From a virus, in IMG/VR virus record IMGVR_UViG_3300029708_000018, positions 1 through 56,834 of that record: DNA of 56,834 nucleotides. One strand, given 5' to 3'. Shown piece by piece: positions 48,716-56,834 of the stretch. A program made the position numbers and the translations under genes. The notes beneath the pieces are model-generated. The model was not told the origin of the DNA, ran no database searches, and saw only the letters and a program-made list of their open reading frames with translations. The stretch's first letter is position 1; each line of letters begins with the position of its first letter.

Positions 48716-49357
48716 TTAGTGAATTTTATATCCCACTAACCGATTATCTTTTCGCCACCACTCATTGTCGTGAGTTTTGCCCTGCGCTTTATTTCTAAAA
48801 GCATCGGCACATTTCTTGCAACATTTACCCTTTTCGTCCGTCAAAGGCTCGCCACAGAAGTAACATAGCCTGTTTTCAATACGCCGTTCTTTTTCGTTCT
48901 GCTTATCAAATGTTTTCTGACGATGGATCAAGGCATCGTAATCAAGGCATATCTGACACTTGGTTTTTCCACTGATAGCTTTCCTCTTGCCACATCGGGT
49001 ACATACCCCATTTGCTTTTCTTTCTGCATATACGTTTTTCTTTTTGCTTCGAGAGCGTATATTCCGACTTATTCTTCTGTCTTCACTAATTGGATGTTTT
49101 GCTCTGTATTCTTGTTGTTTCATTTTGCAGTCCAAACACATCTTTTCATCGCCAAAAAGTTTATTTTTGCCACATTCGGGGCAGAGATTATGTTCTCTGT
49201 AAAACTCTCTGTTTTTTCGCCTGTAGTCTCTTTCTTTCTGCTGACAAGCTGTACAGTAACAGCCAACTCTGTCAAGTGGTTTTTGACATCTGACACATAG
49301 TCCGTTTTCCTTTAGGGCATGATAGCGATCTCGAAAATAATGTTCCGGTCTTGACAT
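48716..49357 (-). CDS. Protein made of four tandem CxxC-x(9-12)-CxxC zinc-ribbon modules (213 aa).
   Basis: The modules are LCVRCQK..CYCTACQ, LCPECGK..MCLDCK, VCTRCGK..KCQICL and LCYFCGE..CCKKCA, each followed by a basic helix. Confidence 0.65.
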   Translation of the reverse strand: MSRPEHYFRDRYHALKENGLCVRCQKPLDRVGCYCTACQQKERDYRRKNREFYREHNLCPECGKNKLFGDEKMCLDCKMKQQEYRAKHPISEDRRISRNIRSRSKKKNVYAERKANGVCTRCGKRKAISGKTKCQICLDYDALIHRQKTFDKQNEKERRIENRLCYFCGEPLTDEKGKCCKKCADAFRNKAQGKTHDNEWWRKDNRLVGYKIH

Positions 49358-49358
49358 T

Positions 49359-50015
49359 TTATGTTCGACCTCCTATCTGTTTAACACGTTCCTTAATTTC
49401 TTTTGGCATTGGAATGCCTTTAATCGGCTTATTTTGGCTTTTATTATCTTCAAGTGATAATTTAATCGTCTCACGATTTTTAGCACCGATTTGAGCCGAA
49501 TATGAGGTCTTATTAACATCCTCAATCAATGTCCGCACGTCTGCCGGCATTTTTTTGATTTCATTCTCACGATCAACAACTGCCCTGTAAGTCTTTATAA
49601 AGTTCGACTGTACTACATTTTCAATGCTGTTCGTGTCTGTCTGTGACCAATTCCGCAAGTTGTCCGGGCTTCCTACTGCTTTCTGTACCAGTGGTGGTAA
49701 ATTGTTAAATTCTTCAACTGCACCATAATAGCCATTTCGCAATGCCTTGCTGACAAGTGACCATGCTTCCATTTCGTTAAGCTCCTGCGGATTCTGGATT
49801 GCGTGAAGCTTATCAAGTAACTGTCCGATACTCGGTGCAAAACCGCTTGTATCGGTTGTTATGTATGCTTTAAATGCCGCCATGACAACATTATTATCAT
49901 ACTCGCTCAAACACATGAGCCATGCATTTACCGCCGCTTCTCTGCTTGGTGGATTGTAGTTAGGATATACAGCCTGTGTCATGGCAAGTAATTGTTTTAC
50001 TTCTTTTTCTGTCAT
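49359..50015 (-). CDS. Replicative helicase loader candidate (SPP1 G39P-like).
   Basis: AVYPNYNPPSREAAVNAWLMCLSEYDNNVVMAAFKAYITTDTSGFAPSIGQL. Follows the replisome organizer gene. Confidence 0.55.
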   Translation of the reverse strand: MTEKEVKQLLAMTQAVYPNYNPPSREAAVNAWLMCLSEYDNNVVMAAFKAYITTDTSGFAPSIGQLLDKLHAIQNPQELNEMEAWSLVSKALRNGYYGAVEEFNNLPPLVQKAVGSPDNLRNWSQTDTNSIENVVQSNFIKTYRAVVDRENEIKKMPADVRTLIEDVNKTSYSAQIGAKNRETIKLSLEDNKSQNKPIKGIPMPKEIKERVKQIGGRT

Positions 50016-50018
50016 AAG

Positions 50019-50813
50019 CTACAACCCCCAACCGCTTAAAAATTCTTTTGTGCTATCTTTCCGTTTAATCTGCTGATTCAGATAGCTTTCAAATTTAGCT
50101 CCGAACAAAGTATCGGGTCTTAAGTACTTCTCCTGTTCTGTTCCAAGCCATTCATCAGCTTTTTTGCTGATAACTGTATAAAAATCCTGTTCTGTATATC
50201 CCTCATTGAGCCTTGCATTTATGTGCTTCTTTGTATTAGGAGTATTATATCTATATCTTGTATTACATTTATTATTTAGATAGTTAATAATATTTATATA
50301 TATCTCTTTATTTTTATTATTATCTATATTATTAATAACAGTATCAGATACAGATACAGAATCAGTATCAGAATCAGAAACAGATGTCTCCATAGGGTAT
50401 TCATATGGTATATTCAAAGTGTTATTTCTAACACTCTCAACAGTATCAAAAATATATTTTTTAAAGCTTTCGTTCTTGATGTATTTTGCTACGTTGCATA
50501 CCCCTGTAAGTACTTTGTTTGACTTACTCCAATTGTACTTATACCAATTCAGCACAAGCACTTCCTTTGTACTTGGGCTAAACTTAATGACACCATGTAC
50601 CTTGTCAAATCTTTCAAGTAATCTTATAACTGTCTCTTTGTTATAGCCTGTATCGTCCGACATACTCTTATAACTTATTTCATAGCAACCACATAAGTTT
50701 GTCTGCGGATTCGTCAGCAGATACAAGTAAAAATACTTATCCTCTGGGGTAAAATCATCTAGGATTTTATTGTCCGTCCAAAATGACAACTGGACATTTC
50801 TGTATATTGCCAT
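50019..50813 (-). CDS. Replisome organizer / replication initiator (phage rep_org N domain plus conserved phage C-terminal domain).
   Basis: N-terminal YRNVQLSFWTDNKILDDFTPEDKYFYLYLLTNPQTNLCGCYEIS. C-terminal YLNNKCNTRYRYNTPNTKKHINARLNEGYT...LRPDTLFG. AGGAG RBS. Confidence 0.8.
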   Translation of the reverse strand: MAIYRNVQLSFWTDNKILDDFTPEDKYFYLYLLTNPQTNLCGCYEISYKSMSDDTGYNKETVIRLLERFDKVHGVIKFSPSTKEVLVLNWYKYNWSKSNKVLTGVCNVAKYIKNESFKKYIFDTVESVRNNTLNIPYEYPMETSVSDSDTDSVSVSDTVINNIDNNKNKEIYINIINYLNNKCNTRYRYNTPNTKKHINARLNEGYTEQDFYTVISKKADEWLGTEQEKYLRPDTLFGAKFESYLNQQIKRKDSTKEFLSGWGL

Positions 50814-50855
50814 ATCATCATCTCCTATTTTCTTCAAGTTCCGTCTTGATGTATT

Positions 50856-51146
50856 TTAATCAGCTTGAGGGCAATTTATTCTGAACAAGTTCCGCTCCTG
50901 CTTATACTTAATCCAACTGTCAATGTCCTCATCTGTAATCTCAAATACTTGTTTCAAAATCTCAATGCAAATTAATACATCAGCCATTTCCTCGACAAGG
51001 TTGTTTCTATCGTCCTCACCTCGTATCTCTTTACTGATTGCCTGTGTAAGCTCTGATAATTCTTCCATGCATACCACAAGTTGCATTCCGTTTCCATATG
51101 TATTAAGGCTTCTTGAGACTATTTCTTTGTTAATGTTGACTTCCAT
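50856..51146 (-). CDS. MazG-like nucleotide pyrophosphohydrolase (96 aa).
   Basis: MEELSELTQAISK...LVEEMADVLI (EExxE...ExxD motifs). Confidence 0.65.
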   Translation of the reverse strand: MEVNINKEIVSRSLNTYGNGMQLVVCMEELSELTQAISKEIRGEDDRNNLVEEMADVLICIEILKQVFEITDEDIDSWIKYKQERNLFRINCPQAD

Positions 51147-51200
51147 CTTCTCACCTCACTAAATCAAGTAAAATATGTATTTCCTGCTTTGTTTCATCTT

Positions 51201-52169
51201 TCATACTGTATTTTCTTGCTTTATATTCAGATTTTTAAACATAGCGCACATAACATCTACGACAATACTGTTTCCAAATTGCTTATACAACTGCGTATTG
51301 CTGTTTACTGCTGCCATTTTGTCAATATCTTCATCAGATACACCCATCAGCCGTCCACACTCTCTCGGCGTTAGCTTTCTGATACGATATTGCGTGGCAA
51401 TATGGCTATTTGCATATCCGTGTGTGCCAGCTACAAGATTGGCCGATATGCCATTATCGGAAATAACTGTACCGCATTGAGAACCATTGCTTGATATTTG
51501 ACCGACTTTTTCAATAACGGCATTATCTGCATTAAACCCAGTCATATTGCTGCGTTCGTAACCACTCAAAATTGTACTTGTAATGTCATTCTGTTTGCCT
51601 TTAGTGGATATGCCTTGTTTTTCAAGGACCAGGTTATCTTTCTGCACACTCGTCAAGCAATTACTTGTGCCTTGCATATTCACCTCTAATCTCTGCTCTG
51701 TTGGGTTTCCCACAGTTCTATCTGACGGATTATCAGGATTTCTGCCACGCATAGCGACTATGCACATATTGTCTTTGTGTGCACCTATCCCTTTGTAATA
51801 CCGTGATGTTACTGTACTTGCTGTTGGTGTATCGACATCACATATTTGGGCATTATCTAAGCTGTCCAAATGTCCTTCCGGCATTTTATTCAATTTGCAC
51901 GGAATTTGCTCTTCAAGAATTTTCGGCTCTTGATTGCCATCTTGTATTGTGCTCAATGTTGGACTCCCATCATCATAAATTCTGTTGGTACTCTCAAATA
52001 TTGCTTCAAGAGAACCTATTACATTTACATCTGTTATTACTTCAATCACTCCGCTACTTGTTTTATTGGATCTTAGGGTAGGACAAATTCCCTCCCTAAG
52101 TACCTTTTCGCCACCGAATTTTTCACTTTCAAAAAGCACTATTCCGATAGCGTCTGTTAATTTTTCCAT
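51201..52169 (-). CDS. C5-cytosine DNA methyltransferase, C-terminal subunit: several TRD-like segments plus motifs IX and X.
   Basis: RKLTPRECGRLMG (IX), QLYKQFGNSIVVDV (X), and five or six xPT[LV]-type segments. GGAG RBS lies 7 nt upstream of its own ATG. Confidence 0.75.
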   Translation of the reverse strand: MEKLTDAIGIVLFESEKFGGEKVLREGICPTLRSNKTSSGVIEVITDVNVIGSLEAIFESTNRIYDDGSPTLSTIQDGNQEPKILEEQIPCKLNKMPEGHLDSLDNAQICDVDTPTASTVTSRYYKGIGAHKDNMCIVAMRGRNPDNPSDRTVGNPTEQRLEVNMQGTSNCLTSVQKDNLVLEKQGISTKGKQNDITSTILSGYERSNMTGFNADNAVIEKVGQISSNGSQCGTVISDNGISANLVAGTHGYANSHIATQYRIRKLTPRECGRLMGVSDEDIDKMAAVNSNTQLYKQFGNSIVVDVMCAMFKNLNIKQENTV

Positions 52170-53122
52170 TCAATTACTCCATTACTTCCATAATTATCAA
52201 GGCCTTTATAATCTCTTGCCCTAAGAGTTACGGCTACATCAATCTGTTTGTCTGCCGTCTCTCCCATATCCTTTAACAACCAAGTTTCCAACTTGTTGTT
52301 GGTTTGATCTCTCTGTTGTGGCTTATTGATTGTTCCGTCAACGCATGTCTGTCTGTCAAGATTGTGTTGTGGTAAGGTGCCGTTGTCAATAAGCTGTTTT
52401 ATCAGCTTGTCAGCCTTTTCATTGTTGATGTAATACTTTTCATCTACATTATCCTCAAGATAGTCTTTCAACTTCTTTTTGAGTGGTATAGGCTGCGGAA
52501 AATGGTAATTGTACTCACCCAGAAATGAAAACATAAAACATCTTTCACGATTTTGTGCTACACCATAATTTTTAGCATTTAAGTCTTGATAGTAATTTGT
52601 GTAACCCAGGCCTTCAAGGAAGTCTAACCACTTTCTAAAATCAGGCATATTATCTTGACTATGCACCTGTGGCACATTCTCCATGAATAAAATCTGTGGC
52701 AATTCTCCGCTGCTGCCTTTGATTTCTTTCAGTATTCTTTCAACTTCCCATAACAGACCGCTTCTTGTGCCACTGCCCTTAGACATTCCGGCTTGCTTTC
52801 CGGCAACTGATAAATCTGTACAAGGGAATGAGTAAGTAAGTATGTATGTAAATGTATCTGTGTCGCAAATATTCAAATCTTCTGCATGGATCTTGGTTAT
52901 ATCCATTGTAGGAAAATCCGTACCATGCACTGCGTTATAGCTTGTAATAGCGTACTTATCAAACTCCACAACTCTGTAATGTTCAAATTTAGCACCTATT
53001 CTCTTTAGCGCCATTGCCTGACTTCCGTAGCCGGCAAATAGTTCTATCAATCGTATAGGCTTTGTTATGTTGATCGGTTCTCTTGTGAAGTCAAATAAAG
53101 ACATTTGTATTAAATCTTCCAT
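52157..53122 (-). CDS. C5-cytosine DNA methyltransferase, N-terminal catalytic subunit (motifs I-VIII plus the first TRD).
   Basis: ELFAGYGS (I), SFPCTDLS (IV), ENV (VI), QNRERCF (VIII), VTLRARDYKG. Confidence 0.85.
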   Translation of the reverse strand: MEDLIQMSLFDFTREPINITKPIRLIELFAGYGSQAMALKRIGAKFEHYRVVEFDKYAITSYNAVHGTDFPTMDITKIHAEDLNICDTDTFTYILTYSFPCTDLSVAGKQAGMSKGSGTRSGLLWEVERILKEIKGSSGELPQILFMENVPQVHSQDNMPDFRKWLDFLEGLGYTNYYQDLNAKNYGVAQNRERCFMFSFLGEYNYHFPQPIPLKKKLKDYLEDNVDEKYYINNEKADKLIKQLIDNGTLPQHNLDRQTCVDGTINKPQQRDQTNNKLETWLLKDMGETADKQIDVAVTLRARDYKGLDNYGSNGVIEWKN

Positions 53123-53160
53123 ATCTCACCTCTACATAAAGTCTTCAATATTCATCTGCC

Positions 53161-54078
53161 TTATACAAGGCTCTCCGATAAAAAATCTTCAATGCTCATT
53201 TGTCCTACTGGACAATTCATTTTGTCAGCATTTGCGGCAATTTCAAGGTTTGCAACTGCCTGTTTGTAATAGCTTTCCTTAAGTTCAAATCCTATGCCGC
53301 GTCTGCCGAGTGTAACAGCCACATATGGACTGCTGCCGATTCCGGCAAATGGGTCTAATACAATGTCGTTCGGATTCGTCCACAGTTCGATGCATCTCTG
53401 AATCACTTCGAGCTGCAAAGGACAAATGTGACGCTCGTCCTTTTCTGCTCTTGCCGATTTTTTCTGCAATGTGTCAGACTGTCTTATATCCATCCATACT
53501 GGACTTGCGTAATTCCGCCATACATCAACCGGAAATGTTTCATGCGTATGCGACACTCTTTCCGGATTTTCTCCCGGCTTGCGCATTGTAACGATATAAT
53601 CCGGTATTCCCTGTCGATTCATTGTACTGTCTTTTCTAATCTGCTTATGTAATAACCCTAAAGCCTTTGTCCTATGCATCTCAGTAACCGGATTTTTCCA
53701 AATCGTAACCTTGCTGTGATAAATAAATCCGCAATCTTCAAAAATCTGTCTGCAAAGTGCCGGAAAGTCTTTAAGACCAATAACTCCGTCTCTTTCTTTC
53801 ATGAGTGGCAAATCCATGCAATGAAATGAAAGTAATCTGCCCGGCATTGTAACTCTGTAAAGTTCCTTTGCAAGAAATTTGAAATGATCGTAAAACTCTG
53901 TATCTCCCTTGCAGTTCCCCATGTCCCTGTCGCTGTTAGAATATGTATACAGGCTTGCAAATGGCGGACTGAAAATTGTGTAGTGAATGCTGTTATCTGG
54001 GATATTTTTTATAAGTTCCACACTGTCTCCGTTATAAATTGCATACTGTTTTTCAATTGTCTGCGCTAAAACGTCCAT
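53161..54078 (-). CDS. Beta-class N4-cytosine/N6-adenine DNA methyltransferase. The SPPF motif suggests N4-cytosine.
   Basis: IFSPPFASLY (motif IV) lies N-terminal to DPFAGIGSS (motif I). AAGGAG RBS precedes the internal ATG at 54078. Confidence 0.8.
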   Translation of the reverse strand: MDVLAQTIEKQYAIYNGDSVELIKNIPDNSIHYTIFSPPFASLYTYSNSDRDMGNCKGDTEFYDHFKFLAKELYRVTMPGRLLSFHCMDLPLMKERDGVIGLKDFPALCRQIFEDCGFIYHSKVTIWKNPVTEMHRTKALGLLHKQIRKDSTMNRQGIPDYIVTMRKPGENPERVSHTHETFPVDVWRNYASPVWMDIRQSDTLQKKSARAEKDERHICPLQLEVIQRCIELWTNPNDIVLDPFAGIGSSPYVAVTLGRRGIGFELKESYYKQAVANLEIAANADKMNCPVGQMSIEDFLSESLV

Positions 54079-54094
54079 TTTTTCTATCTCCTTT

Positions 54095-55462
54095 TTACGC
54101 TGTAAATTCTTCCCATTCCGGCAAAGCCATTGTTTCATGTGGCTCATATGGGGTGCTGATTCTGCAAGTGTTTTTCAGTTCTTTCTTTGTAATCTCTTTT
54201 GTCAGTTCTGTCATTTCTGACTGCATTTTCTGAAAATCTTTCTGCTTTCTCTCAATGTTTTCTTTGACACACCCCTCTTTCGAAGAAATGATTATGTACA
54301 CATTTACTGCTTCCGTCTGACCAAATCTCCAACATCTTCTCAACGCTTGGTAGTACTGCTCGTAGCTGTCTGAAAGTCCGGTAAAAATCATATTGTGGCA
54401 ATTCTGCCAGTTCATGCCAAATCCGGCAATCTTAGGTTTTGTGACTAAGCATTTAATATCCCTATTGCTAAAATTCAACATTGAGCTTGACTTGTGCGTA
54501 TCTTTGTCGCTGCCTTGCACTTCCACAGATTCATTAATCAGTTCATGTAATTTGTGGCTTTCGTCATTCAGATCACACCATACAAGCCACTGCTCATCTG
54601 AACTGTTTACCAATTCTGCCGCTACTGTGCATCTGTCAATTAAGCTATCTTTTCTAGCCTGTCTGCGCTCTGTCAGCGTGAGTTTTTCGGTCACAGGTTC
54701 TTTTCCGTCAACAACAATTTCTTTAATGTTAATTGGCGGCAAGTTATACCCGGAAACGTCATATCCAATATTGTTTGGATTGTCCACGAACACACTGAAT
54801 GTCGCTAACCACTGCCAAAATACATCCTCTGCGTGTCCTTTTAATCTCCATTTTGATGTTTCTCCGCCATCATGAACAAAGAACATGGAAAGCATTTCTG
54901 CCCTTGTCATAACTCCACAAAATTCTGAATGATTTCCCAATTCCATGTAGTCATTCGGTGCTGGAGTTGCGGTACAAGCCAATTTGTACGGCACATCATG
55001 GAAATTCTGAATAATCGCTGTCCTCACCTTGCCGGAATAAGATTTTAAGATACTACTTTCATCAAGTACGATTCCGGTAAATTCATTTGCGATAAATCTA
55101 TCCAGTTTTTCGTAATTCGTGATGTTAATTCCGTCAATACATTGTGATTGTTCCTCAACGACATTTGCCACATATCCAAACTTTTCCGCTTCTCGTTTCG
55201 TTTGATCTGCAACTGCCAATGGTGCAAGGATAAGCACCTTGCCGCCTGTATGCACGTGAACTTGATGCGCCCACGATAACTGCATAGGTGTTTTTCCAAG
55301 TCCACAATCAGCAAAGATACAAGCCTTTCCTTTCTTTAACGCCCAACGAACAATGTCTTTCTGAAAATCGTATAACATTGGGTTTAATTCGGATTTATCA
55401 ATGTCGAATCCACTGCTTTCAAGTACGAATCTTTTATTTGCTAAAAATTCGTTATAATCCAT
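54095..55462 (-). CDS. SNF2/DEAD-like superfamily-2 helicase.
   Basis: ADCGLGKT (Walker A), VLDESSILK (DExx), and a C-terminal helicase domain. Confidence 0.8.
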   Translation of the reverse strand: MDYNEFLANKRFVLESSGFDIDKSELNPMLYDFQKDIVRWALKKGKACIFADCGLGKTPMQLSWAHQVHVHTGGKVLILAPLAVADQTKREAEKFGYVANVVEEQSQCIDGINITNYEKLDRFIANEFTGIVLDESSILKSYSGKVRTAIIQNFHDVPYKLACTATPAPNDYMELGNHSEFCGVMTRAEMLSMFFVHDGGETSKWRLKGHAEDVFWQWLATFSVFVDNPNNIGYDVSGYNLPPINIKEIVVDGKEPVTEKLTLTERRQARKDSLIDRCTVAAELVNSSDEQWLVWCDLNDESHKLHELINESVEVQGSDKDTHKSSSMLNFSNRDIKCLVTKPKIAGFGMNWQNCHNMIFTGLSDSYEQYYQALRRCWRFGQTEAVNVYIIISSKEGCVKENIERKQKDFQKMQSEMTELTKEITKKELKNTCRISTPYEPHETMALPEWEEFTA

Positions 55463-55524
55463 TTTCTCTTACCAAAAGGAAACCTCGGTTTTATGTGCGC
55501 ACAACCTATTCCTTTCTTTGATTT

Positions 55525-55731
55525 TTAGTTATTGTTATACCTTTTTCTCAACGTGTTCTGCACCTTGTTCATACCCTTGAAACCACCGACAATAAAAGCT
55601 ATCTCTGCTCTATTTTCCGTTGCCCTTGTTTCCGCTTCCATATCACGCAGTCCGTACTCTGCCTGAATAATTTCATTTGCAGTAATTCTTTTCAGAATTT
55701 CTTCACATTTCTTCTTGCTTAAAATCTTCAT
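55525..55731 (-). CDS. Hypothetical protein (68 aa).
   Basis: AAAGGAG RBS. ORF track. Confidence 0.5.
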   Translation of the reverse strand: MKILSKKKCEEILKRITANEIIQAEYGLRDMEAETRATENRAEIAFIVGGFKGMNKVQNTLRKRYNNN

Positions 55732-56146
55732 TCTGCTTCGCTCCTTTCAGCCGTTCGGCTATCTCGTCAATCTCTTCTTCTTCCAAGATTGTAAAGGCAT
55801 ATTTTTCTTTAATGAATTTTATAGTGTCATCAACACCCTTGTTATAATTATCAAGCCTAGCATTTCTATATTTCAATATCTCATTATTCAAAGTTTCTTT
55901 GCCCCAATCTCCGCTATCAAACCATTCAACAGCTTTAAATACAGGACTAAGTGCTTCAAAAAGTGTTTCTATTCGTATACTTGCCGACTTGATATACTCA
56001 ACTAGTCTCTGTGTATCTTTAGCCACATCTTTAAAACCTGCACTATTCAATCTATCAACCATATCTTGCAGTAATTCTGTTGACGAACCATTCATAAGCT
56101 CGTCAATATCTTTGCAAAACAAATAATTCCAACTTCCACCGCTCAT
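55703..56146 (-). CDS. Hypothetical protein (147 aa).
   Basis: ORF track. Confidence 0.55.
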   Translation of the reverse strand: MSGGSWNYLFCKDIDELMNGSSTELLQDMVDRLNSAGFKDVAKDTQRLVEYIKSASIRIETLFEALSPVFKAVEWFDSGDWGKETLNNEILKYRNARLDNYNKGVDDTIKFIKEKYAFTILEEEEIDEIAERLKGAKQNEDFKQEEM

Positions 56147-56172
56147 TCCGAATCACCTACTTTCTTTGAGTT

Positions 56173-56403
56173 TTAGTTAATTAAACCCTTTATATGCTTT
56201 TTGGCTCTTTCAAATATCTTATCGTGAATGTAACTCTTGATATCGTTGTAACAATCTTCGCATAAGTCACTTATCACTGTCTTATAATTAACATTTGAAT
56301 AGCCTCTTTCTGCGTAATCGTCAGGGTAAATATCAAAACCTGTTATTTTATAACAATTACTGCAAAATTTGCCACAAACATCACATTTGTACGCTTTACT
56401 CAT
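56173..56403 (-). CDS. Zinc-ribbon protein (76 aa).
   Basis: CDVCGKFCSNC ... CEDC. ATGA overlap with the upstream gene. Confidence 0.55.
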   Translation of the reverse strand: MSKAYKCDVCGKFCSNCYKITGFDIYPDDYAERGYSNVNYKTVISDLCEDCYNDIKSYIHDKIFERAKKHIKGLIN

Positions 56404-56834
56404 TCTGAATCACCCACTTTCAATAAATCCATAAACTTCTCATACTGTTTCTGCGATACCTTGTTATGCTTCTTATCGTCTCTAATTTCGATTTTAAGGT
56501 GTTTTTCTGCGATAGAGGATAATTCTCTTGCCAACGCCTTTTTGCCTTGCTGTATGCCCTGCATATAGCCTTTAGGTGCTTTTCTCTCGCCTATTGAACC
56601 ACTAGCACGATTTTCTCCTTGACCGCCTAAACTGACATTTCTAAGCTGATAACCTTTATCGGCATATAGCTTGATGTAATACTTCTCTTTCTCATCAAGC
56701 TGACTTTCGGGGAAATTCAGAAATTCAACTCGCCAGCCATAAGGATTTTTCTCTTTATCGTACAGCTTATGGCGCTTCAAACTAAGGTCTATATGCTGTT
56801 CATAACCTACAAGGTGGCTTGCCAATCTGCTAAG
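56400..56834 (-). CDS. GIY-YIG nuclease, C-terminal part. The N-terminus is encoded at 264..100 across the junction.
   Basis: The frame stays open to the window end. The repeat 56736-56834 = 1-99 places the GIY...YVG motif upstream. The TTG start in the ORF track is an edge artefact. Confidence 0.7.
   Translation of the reverse strand, partial: LSRLASHLVGYEQHIDLSLKRHKLYDKEKNPYGWRVEFLNFPESQLDEKEKYYIKLYADKGYQLRNVSLGGQGENRASGSIGERKAPKGYMQGIQQGKKALARELSSIAEKHLKIEIRDDKKHNKVSQKQYEKFMDLLKVGDSE
56736..56834. repeat. Terminal direct repeat, right copy (identical to 1-99).
   Basis: Same 99-nt string as the window start. Confidence 0.9.

Noticed and set aside
52157-52169. Programmed -1 frameshift joining the two C5-MTase ORFs at GGAAAAAT.
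   Set aside because: The zero frame has no X XXY YYZ heptamer, and the downstream ORF has its own GGAG-N7-ATG. Independent, coupled initiation is more likely. A homopolymer sequencing error remains possible.

Overview
This window looks like a complete, circularly closed genome (about 56.7 kb) of a temperate long-tailed (siphovirus-like) phage or prophage. Bases 1-99 are identical to 56736-56834, and a GIY-YIG nuclease gene reads across that junction. Several signals point to a Firmicutes/Clostridia-type host: AGGAGG ribosome-binding sites (RBS), a GAAC-N4-GTTC SOS box, an amidase with cell-wall-binding repeats, and a Tn916-type integrase. Nearly all genes are on the minus strand. In transcription order (high to low coordinates) they are: SNF2 helicase, DNA methyltransferases (MTases), MazG, replisome organizer and loader, HTH-Xis, Int, candidate attP, a low-complexity cargo cluster, regulators, terS, an accessory island, terL, portal, head, neck, tail, a Cro/CI switch, antirepressor, Rad50-like ATPase, RecT-like protein, SSB, and a nucleotidyltransferase (NTase). 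There are three plus-strand islands at 10647-10820, 11358-12930 and 39075-40652. The points most worth follow-up are: a regulator-gated small-gene cassette containing a tRNA top-half mimic; an SOS-box-controlled 38-aa ORF convergent on the CI-like repressor; a split C5 MTase with many target-recognition domains (TRDs); a 21 x 27-bp repeat protein; a Q/N- and Cys-rich cargo cluster next to attP; lysis genes embedded in the morphogenesis operon; and leader terminators in front of the late genes. All calls come from reading the sequence and the ORF track and from remembered family motifs. No searches or folding programs were run.
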